From Chloroflexota bacterium (GTDB lineage Bacteria; Chloroflexota; Anaerolineae; Anaerolineales; Villigracilaceae): DNA of 64,000 nt. Shown piece after piece: positions 37,967 to 48,539 of the stretch (within the stretch, counting starts at the first letter, position 1; each line of letters opens with the position of its first letter). Made by a program: the position numbers and the translations under genes. The stretch lies in assembly GCA_021787595.1 (NCBI GenBank), contig JAJYLQ010000003.1, forward strand, positions 80,852-144,851, in the 5' to 3' direction. The notes under the pieces were generated by a model. It had not been told where the DNA came from. It did not search any database and saw only the letters and a program-made list of their open reading frames with translations.

Positions 37967-38740
37967 CTATACTTTCAATTGTGCCACGCCTTGACTGATC
38001 TTGTAATCGCCCAGCGGGAAATACGAAACCATTTTGTCTTCCACGAACTTGAGCGATTCGACCGGCGTCATGCCCCAGTTGGTTGGACATGTGGAAAGCA
38101 ATTCGACAAGCGAGAAGCCAAGACCGCGCAGCTGCGTTTCAAACGCGAGGCGGATGGCCTTCTTCGCCAGGCGGATGTTCTTCGGGTCATGCAATGACCG
38201 TCGAACCACGTAGCCCGCGCCGTCGAGCGTTGCCAGCATCTCGGACATGCGGATCGGATAGCCCTGTGTTTCCACGTCGCGCCCGTTTGGCGAGGAGGTC
38301 GTCTTCATGCCGGGCAGGGTGGTCGGGGCCATTTGTCCGCCCGTCATGCCGTAGTTGGCGTTGTTGATGAAGATCACGGTGATGTTTTCTCCGCGCGCCG
38401 CGGCATGTGTGATCTCGCCCATGCCGATCGAAGCCAGGTCGCCGTCGCCTTGATAAGTGAAGACCACGCGGTCGGGGAGAACACGCTTGATGCCGGTAGC
38501 CATGGCCGGGGCGCGTCCATGCGGCGCTTCGACAAAGTCCGTATCGAAATAGTTGTACGCGAAGACCGCGCATCCCACCGGCGCGACACCGATCGTCTTT
38601 TCGAGTACGCCCATTTCCTCCAGCACCTCGGCAACCAGCCGATGCGCCACACCATGTGTGCATCCGGGGCAATAATGTGTCGGTGTGTCGGTGAAACCTT
38701 CAGGCCGTTCGTAAACCAGATTATTTGCAGTTGTTACCAT
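37967..38740 (-). CDS. korB: 2-oxoacid:ferredoxin oxidoreductase beta subunit (TPP-binding)
   Basis: CPGCTHG and GDGD...NN TPP motif. Confidence 0.85.
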   Translation of the reverse strand: MVTTANNLVYERPEGFTDTPTHYCPGCTHGVAHRLVAEVLEEMGVLEKTIGVAPVGCAVFAYNYFDTDFVEAPHGRAPAMATGIKRVLPDRVVFTYQGDGDLASIGMGEITHAAARGENITVIFINNANYGMTGGQMAPTTLPGMKTTSSPNGRDVETQGYPIRMSEMLATLDGAGYVVRRSLHDPKNIRLAKKAIRLAFETQLRGLGFSLVELLSTCPTNWGMTPVESLKFVEDKMVSYFPLGDYKISQGVAQLKV

Positions 38741-38757
38741 AGAACCTCTTGTTGTTC

Positions 38758-38841
38758 ATGTCGTTGCGAGTCTTCGAGAAGCAACCTCCCCATTTATTCG
38801 GAGGTCGCTTCGGGCAAAAAGTTGCCCTCGCAATAACGTCA
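38758..38841. repeat. Family-A variant palindromic repeat in the korA-korB junction
   Basis: ATGTCGTTGCGAG...GCAACCTCC / GGAGGTCGC...CTCGCAATAACGTCA. Overlaps the korA stop codon. Confidence 0.7.
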
Positions 38842-39954
38842 CTTCATCGCCATCATGCGTTCGAACCACGCATCACGCGGATTGGCTTCGAGGCTCAACC
38901 TGCTGGATGCGACGCGCTTGATCTCGGCCAGTACTTCATCGGGGAATGGCACCACACCGCCGGGCCGCCCATAAAACTCGACGGGCGCGCGTCCCTTCAC
39001 GGATAGGCGAACGTCTTCCAGCATTTGGCCGGTATTCATTTCGACAACGAGGAATCCCTGAATGCGTTTTACAAGTTCATCAACGACCTTGTGCGGGAAC
39101 GGGCTGACCGTGACGGGACGCAGCAACCCGACCTTGATGCCTTGTTCGCGTGCAGCCCGCACCGCGGACAAAGACACGCGCCCCGCGGTGCCGAAACCGA
39201 TCACTACAAATTCGGCATCGTCGAGGAAATATTCCTTATAGCGGACCTCGTTAGCCTGGACCTGCTGCAAGCGTTCGAGCAGGCGCAGGTTGGTTTTCTC
39301 TTCCTCGTACGGATCGAGATAAATGGATGTCAAAACGTGCCGCTCACGTTTACCCATCCTGCCATTGGTTGCCCAATCCCAATCCTTGCGCTGAACGGGC
39401 CTCATTTCAGGCATATTGATGGGTTCCATCATTTGGCCGATGGAGCCGTCCATGATCATCATGCAGATGGAGCGGTATTTCTCGGCCAGATCGAACGAGA
39501 GCGCCATCAGGTCCACGGCCTCCTGTACCGAGGCCGGAGCCAGCACAATTGGATAATAATCACCGTGACCGCCGCCGTGCACAGCCTGGTTGTAATCTGA
39601 CTGCGAGGGCGCGATGTTGCCGAGGCCGGGGCCGCCGCGCATCACATTGACCAGCACCGCGGGGATTTCCGTCCCCGCAATGTATGAAAGCCCCTCCATC
39701 ATCAGGCTCACGCCCGGGCTGGAGGATGTGGACATCACGCGCACGCCCGCGCACGCCGCGCCGTAGACCATGTTGATCGCGCCGAGTTCGCTTTCGGCCT
39801 GCACGAACGTCCGTCCGAGTTCAGGCATTCGCCGCGATAAATACTCCAAGACTTCAGTTTGGGGGGTGATCGGGTAACCGAAATATGCCTCAAGTCCCGC
39901 GCGAACGGCGGCTTCCGCGATGGCTTGATTGCCTTCCCACATTTCACGTGTCAT
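38839..39954 (-). CDS. korA: 2-oxoacid:ferredoxin oxidoreductase alpha subunit
   Basis: 371 aa. [13 protein letters not shown]...YPITPQTE N-terminus typical of OFOR alpha. Confidence 0.85.
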   Translation of the reverse strand: MTREMWEGNQAIAEAAVRAGLEAYFGYPITPQTEVLEYLSRRMPELGRTFVQAESELGAINMVYGAACAGVRVMSTSSSPGVSLMMEGLSYIAGTEIPAVLVNVMRGGPGLGNIAPSQSDYNQAVHGGGHGDYYPIVLAPASVQEAVDLMALSFDLAEKYRSICMMIMDGSIGQMMEPINMPEMRPVQRKDWDWATNGRMGKRERHVLTSIYLDPYEEEKTNLRLLERLQQVQANEVRYKEYFLDDAEFVVIGFGTAGRVSLSAVRAAREQGIKVGLLRPVTVSPFPHKVVDELVKRIQGFLVVEMNTGQMLEDVRLSVKGRAPVEFYGRPGGVVPFPDEVLAEIKRVASSRLSLEANPRDAWFERMMAMK

Positions 39955-40022
39955 AAGTTATTCTCCGCCCTCACCCAACCCCTCTCCCAATTTTGGGAAA
40001 AGCAAGGAGTGAGGGTAAAAAT

Positions 40023-40271
40023 CTATGCCGTTGCCGGCACTGCCTTCCTCGAAATTTCGCGATAAACCGTTATAGCTGCATCCGGACAGACAATGGCACA
40101 GATAGCACACCCCGTGCATCCGTCCTTGAACGTGTGCGCGGGGTGGTAGCCTGTCGGTGTGAGATGCGACATGTCCAGCTCCATCACCTGGGGCGGACAG
40201 GCGTTAATACATAGTTCGCAGCCTTTACAATATTTCTCGTTGACCTCGATCCAACCTTTTGCTGCTGGCAT
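40023..40271 (-). CDS. korD: 2-oxoacid:ferredoxin oxidoreductase delta subunit (2x[4Fe-4S] ferredoxin)
   Basis: CKGCELCINACP and CTGCAICAIVCP. Confidence 0.85.
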   Translation of the reverse strand: MPAAKGWIEVNEKYCKGCELCINACPPQVMELDMSHLTPTGYHPAHTFKDGCTGCAICAIVCPDAAITVYREISRKAVPATA

Positions 40272-40521
40272 TCAGCCTCCTTATCTGAGAAGTTGGAGAT
40301 TATTTAGCAAAATACCTTGCCAGCCTGATTATGTCGGTTTCGGCCATGAGCGAACAGTGCCATGCGTCATGGTTCGGTTGTACAAAATATCATATCTCCA
40401 AAGAAGCGCAAAAAAGCAATTCTTCTCATGCTTCTGTAGATTCTTTTGGTTACAAATGTCTTAACCCTCGAGGTGGTAAAATCGAATTGCTTGATTTAAA
40501 CTTCGTCGAGGCAAAACCTAA

Positions 40522-41952
40522 ATGTCGAAAAAGTGTTTCCTGACCTTTGCAATGGGGATTCTGCTTCTAAGTTCATGGGGATGCAGCGGAACAAATAATG
40601 CGAATGTATCGTATGTCACGCCAAACCCTTCCAAGCCCAATATTATTTTGATCCTCACGGATGACCAACCGCCCCAATCCGTCCAATATATGCCGACGGT
40701 GGGAAAAGAGCTGGTCGCGAAAGGTATCAACTTCACAAACGGATTTGTGACCACTCCGCTTTGCTGTCCAAGCCGGGCCAGCATACTAACCGGCTTGTAC
40801 GCACACAACCATGGGGTTCTCACCGATACTCCTCCGCAGGGCGGCGCGCCAGCATTCAACGCTTCATCAACAATCGCGGTGTGGCTTAAGCAGGCCGGAT
40901 ACCGGACCGCCATGATTGGCAAGTATTTGAATGATTATGAACTGCTTACGCCGAAAGGAATTGTTCCTCCGGGGTGGGATGAATGGGATGCTTTCCTGGG
41001 ACATGGTTCGAATAACGGGGGATATTATTATGGTTATTCCATGTCTGATAATGGCAAGAAGCTTCGCTACGGCACGGATACGAAAGATTACAGTGGAGAT
41101 GTTTTGACGACCCAGGCCCTGAAGTTCATTCAGGATTCAGGGAATCGCCCATTTTTCCTGTACCTGGCCTTTTACAATCCGCACCAGACCTATCAAGCGG
41201 CCGACCGTTATAAAGATATGTTCAAAACCGATGCCACGTTCACGCCGTACCGCCCGCCGAACTTTCTCCCCACCGATCTAACCGGCAAGCCCACGTGGGT
41301 GCAGACATTCAGAGACCAGCTCGATCCAGCCTATCTCGACCACACGTATCAAAGAATCCTTCGCTCCGACATGTCAGTGGATGATGCCGTTGGACAGGTA
41401 ACCGCTTTATTGGACAAACTCAACGAACGCAACCGGACCGCCATATTTTATTTGACCGACAATGGCGAGTCGCTGGGTGATAACGGAATCCTGGGGAAAG
41501 ATTGTCCCTACGAGGCCTGCAGTCATGTACCATTTATTGTCTCATATCCCCCGCTGACAACCCAGGCGCGCACGGACGCTCATTTTGTTCTCAATATTGA
41601 CCTGGCCCCAACATTTGCGGCACTGGGCGGCGCCGCCGTACCGGGAAAAGTAAACGGGGTCAGCTTACTGCCGCTCTTGACCGATCCAAATGCGCCCTGG
41701 CGCAATAGTTTCCTGATCGAGCATTGGCAGGATCTCTCGCCGGATAACCCCGAAGGGCCCACGTCCCGCATCCCGACATACTTTGCCATTCATACCGAAC
41801 GATGGAAGTACATCGAATACGACAATGGCGACCGCGAACTTTATAACCTGCAAACCGATCCATACGAAATGCACAATCTTTTCGGCCAGCCGGGATATGA
41901 CACCACTGTTGCAACGTTGTCGGCAGAGTTACATGCCCTCAAAAGCCAATGA
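40522..41952 (+). CDS. Sulfatase (formylglycine-dependent), lipoprotein signal
   Basis: CCPSRASILTG (CxPxR) motif. N-terminal LLLSSWGCSG lipobox-like signal. Confidence 0.85.
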   Translation: MSKKCFLTFAMGILLLSSWGCSGTNNANVSYVTPNPSKPNIILILTDDQPPQSVQYMPTVGKELVAKGINFTNGFVTTPLCCPSRASILTGLYAHNHGVLTDTPPQGGAPAFNASSTIAVWLKQAGYRTAMIGKYLNDYELLTPKGIVPPGWDEWDAFLGHGSNNGGYYYGYSMSDNGKKLRYGTDTKDYSGDVLTTQALKFIQDSGNRPFFLYLAFYNPHQTYQAADRYKDMFKTDATFTPYRPPNFLPTDLTGKPTWVQTFRDQLDPAYLDHTYQRILRSDMSVDDAVGQVTALLDKLNERNRTAIFYLTDNGESLGDNGILGKDCPYEACSHVPFIVSYPPLTTQARTDAHFVLNIDLAPTFAALGGAAVPGKVNGVSLLPLLTDPNAPWRNSFLIEHWQDLSPDNPEGPTSRIPTYFAIHTERWKYIEYDNGDRELYNLQTDPYEMHNLFGQPGYDTTVATLSAELHALKSQ

Positions 41953-43583
41953 ACAAGAAAACGACCATCTTTCTGATTCTGCTTTTGTTGGGAACAGCCT
42001 ACTTTGTGCTGTTCATTTTTCCCAATTCCACCGGCGCACGCGATCTGAATATGACTTACATTTTCAATTCAGATGAACCTGCGCAGTATCCGGCAGTGAT
42101 ACGAATGCTGACACCGGTCGCGAGTTTTTCTCAATCGCTCTATCGCCTTTTTGCATATCAAATTTACTTTTATGGTTTCCCATATTATTTTTATTCGGCA
42201 GTTCTCGTTCTATTGCCGGTGAAATTGATATTCGGGCTGGGAAATCTTTCTCTGAACATGCTGGTCCTGCGGCAATTCGTCAGCGTATTGCCGATGATCG
42301 CCGCGGTGTTGATCCTGGTTTACCTTCAAACGAAATTTGAGTCCTATCTTAAATCCATTCTCCTGTTCCTGCTTCTGCTCTTGATCCCGGAAATCGTCTC
42401 CAATGATCTGTGGTTTCATCCGGAGAGCCTTGTTTTCCTCTTTATCGTCCTTACCTTTTTCTTTCTCGTCCGCGACAACCTGAGATTTGGAAGGAACTTT
42501 TATCTTTCTGCGCTATTCTGCGGGCTTGCCGTCGCAACGAAACAGGTCGGCTTGTTCTTTTTTATCGCCATACCGCTCTACATCTTTTTGGGCTGGAGGC
42601 AGAAGAACATTGACACGCGCCGGTCAATATTTGTGGCAGCCGGCTTCGTGGCGATCATGGCAGCCACATTCGTACTGGCCAACCCATTCTTGTTTTGGGA
42701 ATCGGAGAGAAGGCTTGCGCTTCAAACCCAGATCAATTTGCACCAGCACATGTCAACGGGATTCGTGGTGTTGTATCGGAATGGCCCGTTGGACTGGCTG
42801 CGCGTTGTTTCGGAACAATACAGCCTGCTTCCATTTCTCCTGCTTGCCGTGGCGGCCGCGGTCATCGGTTCGATCAGGGGCGAACGGCGACTCCTGAATC
42901 TCCTGATACTGGCCTGGGCGCTGCCTTTTTCCATCTATATTGCTGTTGCTTTATCAATCCATCCTGGGCACTTTCCTCTGCCCATTCTCATGCCGCTCTA
43001 CTCCGCGCTTCCGGCCTACTTCATTGCGTTTGCGCCGACTCGCTTTGCGCGTCCCTTGGGAGATTATCTGAGAAAGTACGGCGTTAAACTTTTCTTATTT
43101 CTCGTTGGTGCCGTGATCGTCGGCTGGCAATTCCTTTACAGTCTCAACATAGATGTGCCTCGATATTTCAATACCCTCAACCGCGAGAAGGATAACGCCA
43201 GTTTGAATTTCTATGCCGCCCTCGAACAGAACGATCTGTCCCGCGTCGAACTGAGCCGGCCCCTCGTTGTGTTCCGTGATGTAGCCATGTATGTGCCGAA
43301 TGCGGCAAACGATACGGTGTATTACCAGTGGGGAGTCTCCGGCTACAATTACATCCATAAAGTGAACGCAGACCTGCTGATGCTCAGCAAACAACACCTG
43401 CGCGACTACACACAGCCTGGTCAATTGGAAACGGCAGTGGATCCAAATTTCCCGGATGCCCGTCAGTTCTATCAGGATGCGCTGGCGGGAAAGGTACAGG
43501 GTTACACTTTGATCTATCAGGATGACTTCGGCATGGCTTATATAAGCACAGCGTTGTACGAAGAATTCTTGCAATCCCACTGA
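41949..43583 (+). CDS. Polytopic membrane protein, GT-C-like (ArnT/PMT-type) glycosyltransferase candidate
   Basis: More than 10 TM helices. Acidic DE motif in the first loop (FNSDEPAQY). Large C-terminal soluble domain. ATGA overlap with the sulfatase gene. Confidence 0.5.
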   Translation: MNKKTTIFLILLLLGTAYFVLFIFPNSTGARDLNMTYIFNSDEPAQYPAVIRMLTPVASFSQSLYRLFAYQIYFYGFPYYFYSAVLVLLPVKLIFGLGNLSLNMLVLRQFVSVLPMIAAVLILVYLQTKFESYLKSILLFLLLLLIPEIVSNDLWFHPESLVFLFIVLTFFFLVRDNLRFGRNFYLSALFCGLAVATKQVGLFFFIAIPLYIFLGWRQKNIDTRRSIFVAAGFVAIMAATFVLANPFLFWESERRLALQTQINLHQHMSTGFVVLYRNGPLDWLRVVSEQYSLLPFLLLAVAAAVIGSIRGERRLLNLLILAWALPFSIYIAVALSIHPGHFPLPILMPLYSALPAYFIAFAPTRFARPLGDYLRKYGVKLFLFLVGAVIVGWQFLYSLNIDVPRYFNTLNREKDNASLNFYAALEQNDLSRVELSRPLVVFRDVAMYVPNAANDTVYYQWGVSGYNYIHKVNADLLMLSKQHLRDYTQPGQLETAVDPNFPDARQFYQDALAGKVQGYTLIYQDDFGMAYISTALYEEFLQSH

Positions 43584-43599
43584 TTTGGATGGTTTCGGA

Positions 43600-44820
43600 A
43601 TGTCGGACTCGAAGGAAGCTGTCATTGTTGACGCGATTCGCACCCCGATCGGCGCATTAGGCGGGATTCTTGCGCCGGTCCGCCCGGACGATCTGGCGGC
43701 TCTCGTTATCAAGAGCGTGATCGAGCGCAGCAAGCTCAATCCGGCGCTCGTCGAGGAAGTTTATTTTGGATGCGCGAATCAAGCCGGCGAAGATAATCGC
43801 AACGTGGCGCGCATGGCTTTACTGCTGGCGGGATTTCCCGTCGAAGTCGCGGGCGTGACATTTAATCGCTTGTGCGCGTCGGGACTCAACGCCGTCAATC
43901 AGGCCGCGCGCGCCATCAAAGCGGGTGAAGGCGATGTGTTCATCGCGGGCGGAGTCGAATCGATGAGCCGCGCGCCGTATTCGGTCCCGAAAGCCGAAGC
44001 GGGCTTTTCGTTCGGCAATCTCACCGCGTGGGACACAGCTTTGGGCTGGCGTTACCCAAACCCGAAGATGAAAGAAAAATATGGAATCGATTCGATGGGC
44101 GAGACCGCGGAAAATATCGCCGCGGAGCGCCCGCACATCACGCGCGCGAAACAGGACGCGTTTGCCCTACGGAGTCATCAGCGTGCGATTGCCGCGATCG
44201 ACTCCGGAAAGTTTGCCGAAGAAATTTTGCCCGTTCCCGTCCCGCAGAAAAAAGGCGAGCCGATTCTTGTAACGACCGACGAACGCCCGCGCCGCGATAC
44301 GACGATGGAATCGTTGGCCCGGCTCAAGCCCGCTTTCCGCGCCGACGGCGGAACCGTGACCGCGGGCAATTCGTCCGGTTTGAATGACGGCGCGGCGGCG
44401 TTGCTTGTGATGAGTGAAGAGAAAGCGAAAGAGTTGAAACTGAAACCAATGGCGCGGATTCTCGCGTCTGCCGCGGCTGGAGTCCCGCCGCGTGTGATGG
44501 GCTATGGCCCTGTTCCAGCCACGAGGAAAGCTTTGCAGCGCGCGGGATTGACGATCAAAGATATTGGGCTGGTCGAACTCAATGAAGCATTTGCGGTTCA
44601 ATCACTGGCCGTGATCGAAGACCTCGGCCTCGATCCTGAAATCGTCAACGTCAACGGAGGAGCTATCGCTCTTGGGCACCCACTCGGCTGTTCCGGCGCG
44701 CGCATTCTGACAACGCTGTTATATGAAATGAAATGCCGCGGAAATGTAAAATACGGTTTGGCAACGCTCTGTGTTGGTGTCGGTCAAGGCGAAGCAACGA
44801 TCGTTGAGTTTATAGGTTAG
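43600..44820 (+). CDS. Acetyl-CoA C-acetyltransferase (thiolase II)
   Basis: Active-site contexts [23 protein letters not shown] and [12 protein letters not shown]. Confidence 0.9.
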   Translation: MSDSKEAVIVDAIRTPIGALGGILAPVRPDDLAALVIKSVIERSKLNPALVEEVYFGCANQAGEDNRNVARMALLLAGFPVEVAGVTFNRLCASGLNAVNQAARAIKAGEGDVFIAGGVESMSRAPYSVPKAEAGFSFGNLTAWDTALGWRYPNPKMKEKYGIDSMGETAENIAAERPHITRAKQDAFALRSHQRAIAAIDSGKFAEEILPVPVPQKKGEPILVTTDERPRRDTTMESLARLKPAFRADGGTVTAGNSSGLNDGAAALLVMSEEKAKELKLKPMARILASAAAGVPPRVMGYGPVPATRKALQRAGLTIKDIGLVELNEAFAVQSLAVIEDLGLDPEIVNVNGGAIALGHPLGCSGARILTTLLYEMKCRGNVKYGLATLCVGVGQGEATIVEFIG

Positions 44821-44894
44821 AAAGTTCGAAGGTTGAAAGGTTTAACCTTCAAACCTTCAAACTTTCTAACTTTCCAACTTTGAAACTTGTCAAC
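44816..44894. repeat. Family-C palindromic repeat after the thiolase gene
   Basis: GTTAGAAAGTTCGAAGGTTGAAAGG / CCTTCAAACCTTCAAACTTTCTAAC approximate palindrome. Confidence 0.6.
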
Positions 44895-44910
44895 ATACTT
44901 TAGGAGAATC

Positions 44911-46044
44911 ATGAAACGCATCCTCTCTTTCTTCTTTCTTCTTTCCCTTCTCACTGCCTGCGCGCCGAACGTTGTTCCGATTCCCGTCACGCAGGGACCA
45001 ACCCTTCCTCCGCCCACCAGCAGCGCGCCGGTGATTGCAGCGCCGGGACTCACAACCGTCCACATGGTGGACGCGAATAACGGCTGGGGCGTCACCGATA
45101 CAGCCGTCGTCCGCACCGAAGACGGCGGCGTGACGTGGCATCAGGCTGGGCCATCCGGCGTGACCACGCTTGGTTATCCAGCCACATCGAATTTCCTCGA
45201 CGCGCAGCACGGATGGATTTTGGTGACCGACGCGAAAAATCCATTGGCCGGGATGATGTACCGCACCAGCGACGGCGGCGCGACCTGGGCTTCATCTTCC
45301 GTCCCATTTGGCAGCGGCGACCTGCATTTTCTGGATGCGAATAAAGGCTGGATCATGGCAAGCCTCGGCGCGGGCGCGGGTTCGATGGGCATCGCGATTT
45401 TTCAAACGACCGATGGCGGCGCGACATGGACGCAAACGTACACCAACGATCCCAATCAACCGAACGCGGCCGCCAGCCTTCCGCTTGGCGGACTCAAAGA
45501 TGGACTGACTCCGCTCGACATGCAGAATGCTTTCATCGGCGGCGTCATCTACACCCCCGGCGCGATCTATTTGTACAAAACGTCAGATGGCGGACACTCC
45601 TGGAGCCAGGTCACGGTTACGGCTCCGGTTGGATACGAACAGGCCGACTTTGAAACCGTCGGCCCGACGTTCGTCTCAGCCAAAGACGCGTATTTGCCTG
45701 TGCATGCGTCATCTCAATACGGCGTCATGCTGGTCATCTATGTTTCTCACGATGGCGGCGCGACGTGGGTACTGACGCCCAAAATGATTCCGCAAGGCGG
45801 CTCGATGGATTTCGTCTCGCCGACGGACGGCTTCGTGTGGAATGGCATTGCATTTTACGTGACGCACGACAGCGCGCAAACATGGACGACCGTCACACCC
45901 GATGTTGCCTTCGGCGACAATTTTGCCGGGATGGATTTCGTCAGCCCAACAACCGGCTTTGTTTTGACAAATGATGTGACCGGCACACGCAGACTTTACA
46001 AGACGACGAACAGCGGCGCGAACTGGACTCAACTTGGACAATAG
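44911..46044 (+). CDS. BNR/Ycf48-like beta-propeller lipoprotein (paralogue of 26973-28253)
   Basis: AGGAG RBS. MKRILSFFFLLSLLTAC lipobox. Seven (T/S)DGGxxW-like repeats. Confidence 0.65.
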   Translation: MKRILSFFFLLSLLTACAPNVVPIPVTQGPTLPPPTSSAPVIAAPGLTTVHMVDANNGWGVTDTAVVRTEDGGVTWHQAGPSGVTTLGYPATSNFLDAQHGWILVTDAKNPLAGMMYRTSDGGATWASSSVPFGSGDLHFLDANKGWIMASLGAGAGSMGIAIFQTTDGGATWTQTYTNDPNQPNAAASLPLGGLKDGLTPLDMQNAFIGGVIYTPGAIYLYKTSDGGHSWSQVTVTAPVGYEQADFETVGPTFVSAKDAYLPVHASSQYGVMLVIYVSHDGGATWVLTPKMIPQGGSMDFVSPTDGFVWNGIAFYVTHDSAQTWTTVTPDVAFGDNFAGMDFVSPTTGFVLTNDVTGTRRLYKTTNSGANWTQLGQ

Positions 46045-46045
46045 C

Positions 46046-46718
46046 ATGAAGCGGATATTCCCGTTTTTGATTCTCGGATGCGCCGCGCTGGCTTATTCGT
46101 TGTTTTCATCTGCCGCTTCAACCCCGATCGTTCAACCGGCTCCCGGTACACAAGCTGGTGATGACCAGTTTCTCCAGCGGCGCGCCGGACGGCGGCGAAC
46201 GCATCATTACGATCACGCATCCGTCGAACGGAGATCAACTTACGCTCTCGCGGCCATTGACGGTCGCGGGGAATGTCACCATCGCGCCGTTCGAGAACAG
46301 CCTGGCCTATTCGATTTTCGACTCAAGCAATAATCAAGCTGCAACAGGTTCATTGACAGTTCAGATATCTCAACCCGGCGGCCCTGGTTCCTTTTCCCTT
46401 CCGGTTGATCTGTCGAAGATTACTTCACCGGGAGCGGTGCGAATCCAGATCGAAGATATACTGAACACGGGCATAAATCGCGCTTTTGTTCAACGGGATT
46501 CGGCAAGGGATAAATCCCCGCCTCAGCGCATGAAAGTGGCGCCAGGCGCCACTCATTGCGCCAGTCCGAAGGCGTCGCCGTGGCGCCATGGCGACAACTT
46601 TCACGTACTGAGCAGGTGGCTTCAGCCCCGCGAATCAAGCGGTAGAAAACCGCAATTTGTGACCGTGCCTGGTATACAAGCCCGGCGGACGGTTCGATCC
46701 TTGCGCTCAGCTCGGTGA
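46046..46718 (+). pseudogene. Secreted Gmad2-like Ig-domain protein, apparently frameshifted
   Basis: Signal peptide MKRIFPFLILGCAALAYSLFSSAAS is in one frame (46046-). The Ig-like domain IITITHPSNGDQLTLSRPLTVAGNVTIAPFENSLAYSIFD is in another (46158-). The C-terminal tail runs into repeat-like sequence. Confidence 0.4.
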
Positions 46719-46757
46719 CAGTCAACGTTACCAGGTAGACTCATGGGACGCGCCGGA

Positions 46758-47558
46758 TTAAATCAAAATGGATGAAGCCAGCAAGGCGACCAAAACTCCA
46801 AACGCTCCGCACGCAAAATTGACCCAATCGTTATCCAGCCATTTCCAGCCGCGGATACGGACAGTTTCCGTCCCGCACGTGTGAAGCGGATGTTTCTCCG
46901 TTTCCTTTTTATCAGTCGGGCAATAATACATGGCTTGAACCGTCGCGCCGAGCAGCGAGTCAAATAATGAGCCAAGCAGGCCGCTGAAAGTAATCAGTAA
47001 AAAAAGTAACCAGTGATCAGCACTGGAAAAGAGAGCCGCCAAAAGTGCAATAACGGCAGAACCCAACAGCGCCGCGCCGGTTCCAAATAACGAGACGCCG
47101 CCCGAAGTCCCTTTTTCGACGCGCCTGCGTACATCGGTGATCATGCGCGGCAGAGTCGGATTCAGCACGCCGAGTTCGGTCGCCCAGGTGTCCGCGTTGA
47201 CCGAAGCCAGCGCCGCCGCGAATCCGATCCAGGTCCAGGAGGAGGCGGGAAAGATCCCATGCAATAAAACGAAGGCTGTCGCGACTCCGCCATTTCCAAA
47301 AACCTGACCCGCGTCGCGTTCGCCGCCCTTGGAAAATTTTTCGTTCAGTCCATGTTTGCGATTTTTGAAAGCGCGGGTCAACATCGAGGAAGAAATAAAA
47401 AACGCAAGCAGCAAAACAGCCCATTGCCATCCGCCGAGTCCAAAGATGATCGTCCCCACCAGTGCCGCGGCGAAGGTTCCGCTTTTGCTCAGACTATGAA
47501 CGCGATATGCGGCATACGCAACCATGACTGCGAGAATGAGACCGATAAATAATTGCAT
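46758..47558 (-). CDS. DUF92/TMEM19-family integral membrane protein (VTE6 phytyl-phosphate-kinase-like family)
   Basis: Polytopic. GTFAAALVGTIIFGLGGWQW and GGVSLFGTGAALLGS blocks typical of COG1836. Confidence 0.5.
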   Translation of the reverse strand: MQLFIGLILAVMVAYAAYRVHSLSKSGTFAAALVGTIIFGLGGWQWAVLLLAFFISSSMLTRAFKNRKHGLNEKFSKGGERDAGQVFGNGGVATAFVLLHGIFPASSWTWIGFAAALASVNADTWATELGVLNPTLPRMITDVRRRVEKGTSGGVSLFGTGAALLGSAVIALLAALFSSADHWLLFLLITFSGLLGSLFDSLLGATVQAMYYCPTDKKETEKHPLHTCGTETVRIRGWKWLDNDWVNFACGAFGVLVALLASSILI

Positions 47559-47562
47559 GAAT

Positions 47563-48468
47563 TTAAACCGGGGTGGTGATAATGAATAAAACAGCAATCA
47601 AAAAGAGAAGGCTTGCGAGCGCGCCTGAAATCCACAAAAGAATTGACAGCACGCGCTGCCTGGGCCAGCGGTAAAAATACAACCCGGCCGCCCACCCACC
47701 CAGCGCGAGGAAGGTGCTGATGAGCGGCAGGATGATCAGTTGAACGGATGGGACCGCATCCGGCGTTTGGTCGGGACGAAGGCCGAGGGCCACGCGCGGA
47801 AACGTGGGAATCAACAAACTGACCCACGCGAACAAACCAATGTTCAAAAACAAAGTCATCAGCCAGAGATAACGCGTCAGGCCGGAGGTCCACGCCTGGG
47901 TAACAACCGACGATGGATATACCGATTTCGGCTCGGCGGGTATCAAGCTTCCCAGTTCGATGGCGCGCGCAAATGTCTGCGAAAAATCCGCCGGACGCGC
48001 GGGAGAGATCGCGTACACGCGTTTGGCAGTCGCAACCAGCAAAAGATTCTTCCGGTCGCTGGCCATGAATTCAACGATGCCCAAATCGGGATGCCGGTTC
48101 AGCCCCAGGATCGCCCCGGTCATTGGCATGGGCGGCAGGCGAAGCGGATGCGTAAGGTCACTCACGGGGCGCACCCATTCAATATCACTAAGCGGAATGT
48201 CTTCGTCGCGCAAGCCCCAGCGTAATTCGAGGCTGTCGCGGTCGAGGATGTATTCCGCATGCAAAAGCGCGTAGGCGCGATATCCAAATAATGGAGCCGG
48301 GGCAAATGCAATCAGGCCGACAAGCAGATAAACCACAAAGTTCGGGCCGACGTCCTCACGCGTGAGGTTATAGAATCCCCACGCAGAAATGGCGAGGAAA
48401 ATAACAACCAGGACTCCATGAAGAAGGAGCCCGTTTCGTTTGGAAGGTGGAAAAAGACCGGTGTTCAT
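47563..48468 (-). CDS. Membrane protein with central bacterial PH-like (YdbT/bPH_2-like) domain
   Basis: 2 TM, a soluble YILDRDSLELRWGL...IPLSDIEWVR segment, then 4 TM. ATG at 48468. Confidence 0.4.
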   Translation of the reverse strand: MNTGLFPPSKRNGLLLHGVLVVIFLAISAWGFYNLTREDVGPNFVVYLLVGLIAFAPAPLFGYRAYALLHAEYILDRDSLELRWGLRDEDIPLSDIEWVRPVSDLTHPLRLPPMPMTGAILGLNRHPDLGIVEFMASDRKNLLLVATAKRVYAISPARPADFSQTFARAIELGSLIPAEPKSVYPSSVVTQAWTSGLTRYLWLMTLFLNIGLFAWVSLLIPTFPRVALGLRPDQTPDAVPSVQLIILPLISTFLALGGWAAGLYFYRWPRQRVLSILLWISGALASLLFLIAVLFIITTPV

Positions 48469-48539
48469 GAATCTAATTGTCACTCTTCGGTCGCTGCGTT
48501 CGCTCACATCGTCCCGATGTCCTTCGGGAGAGTGACATT

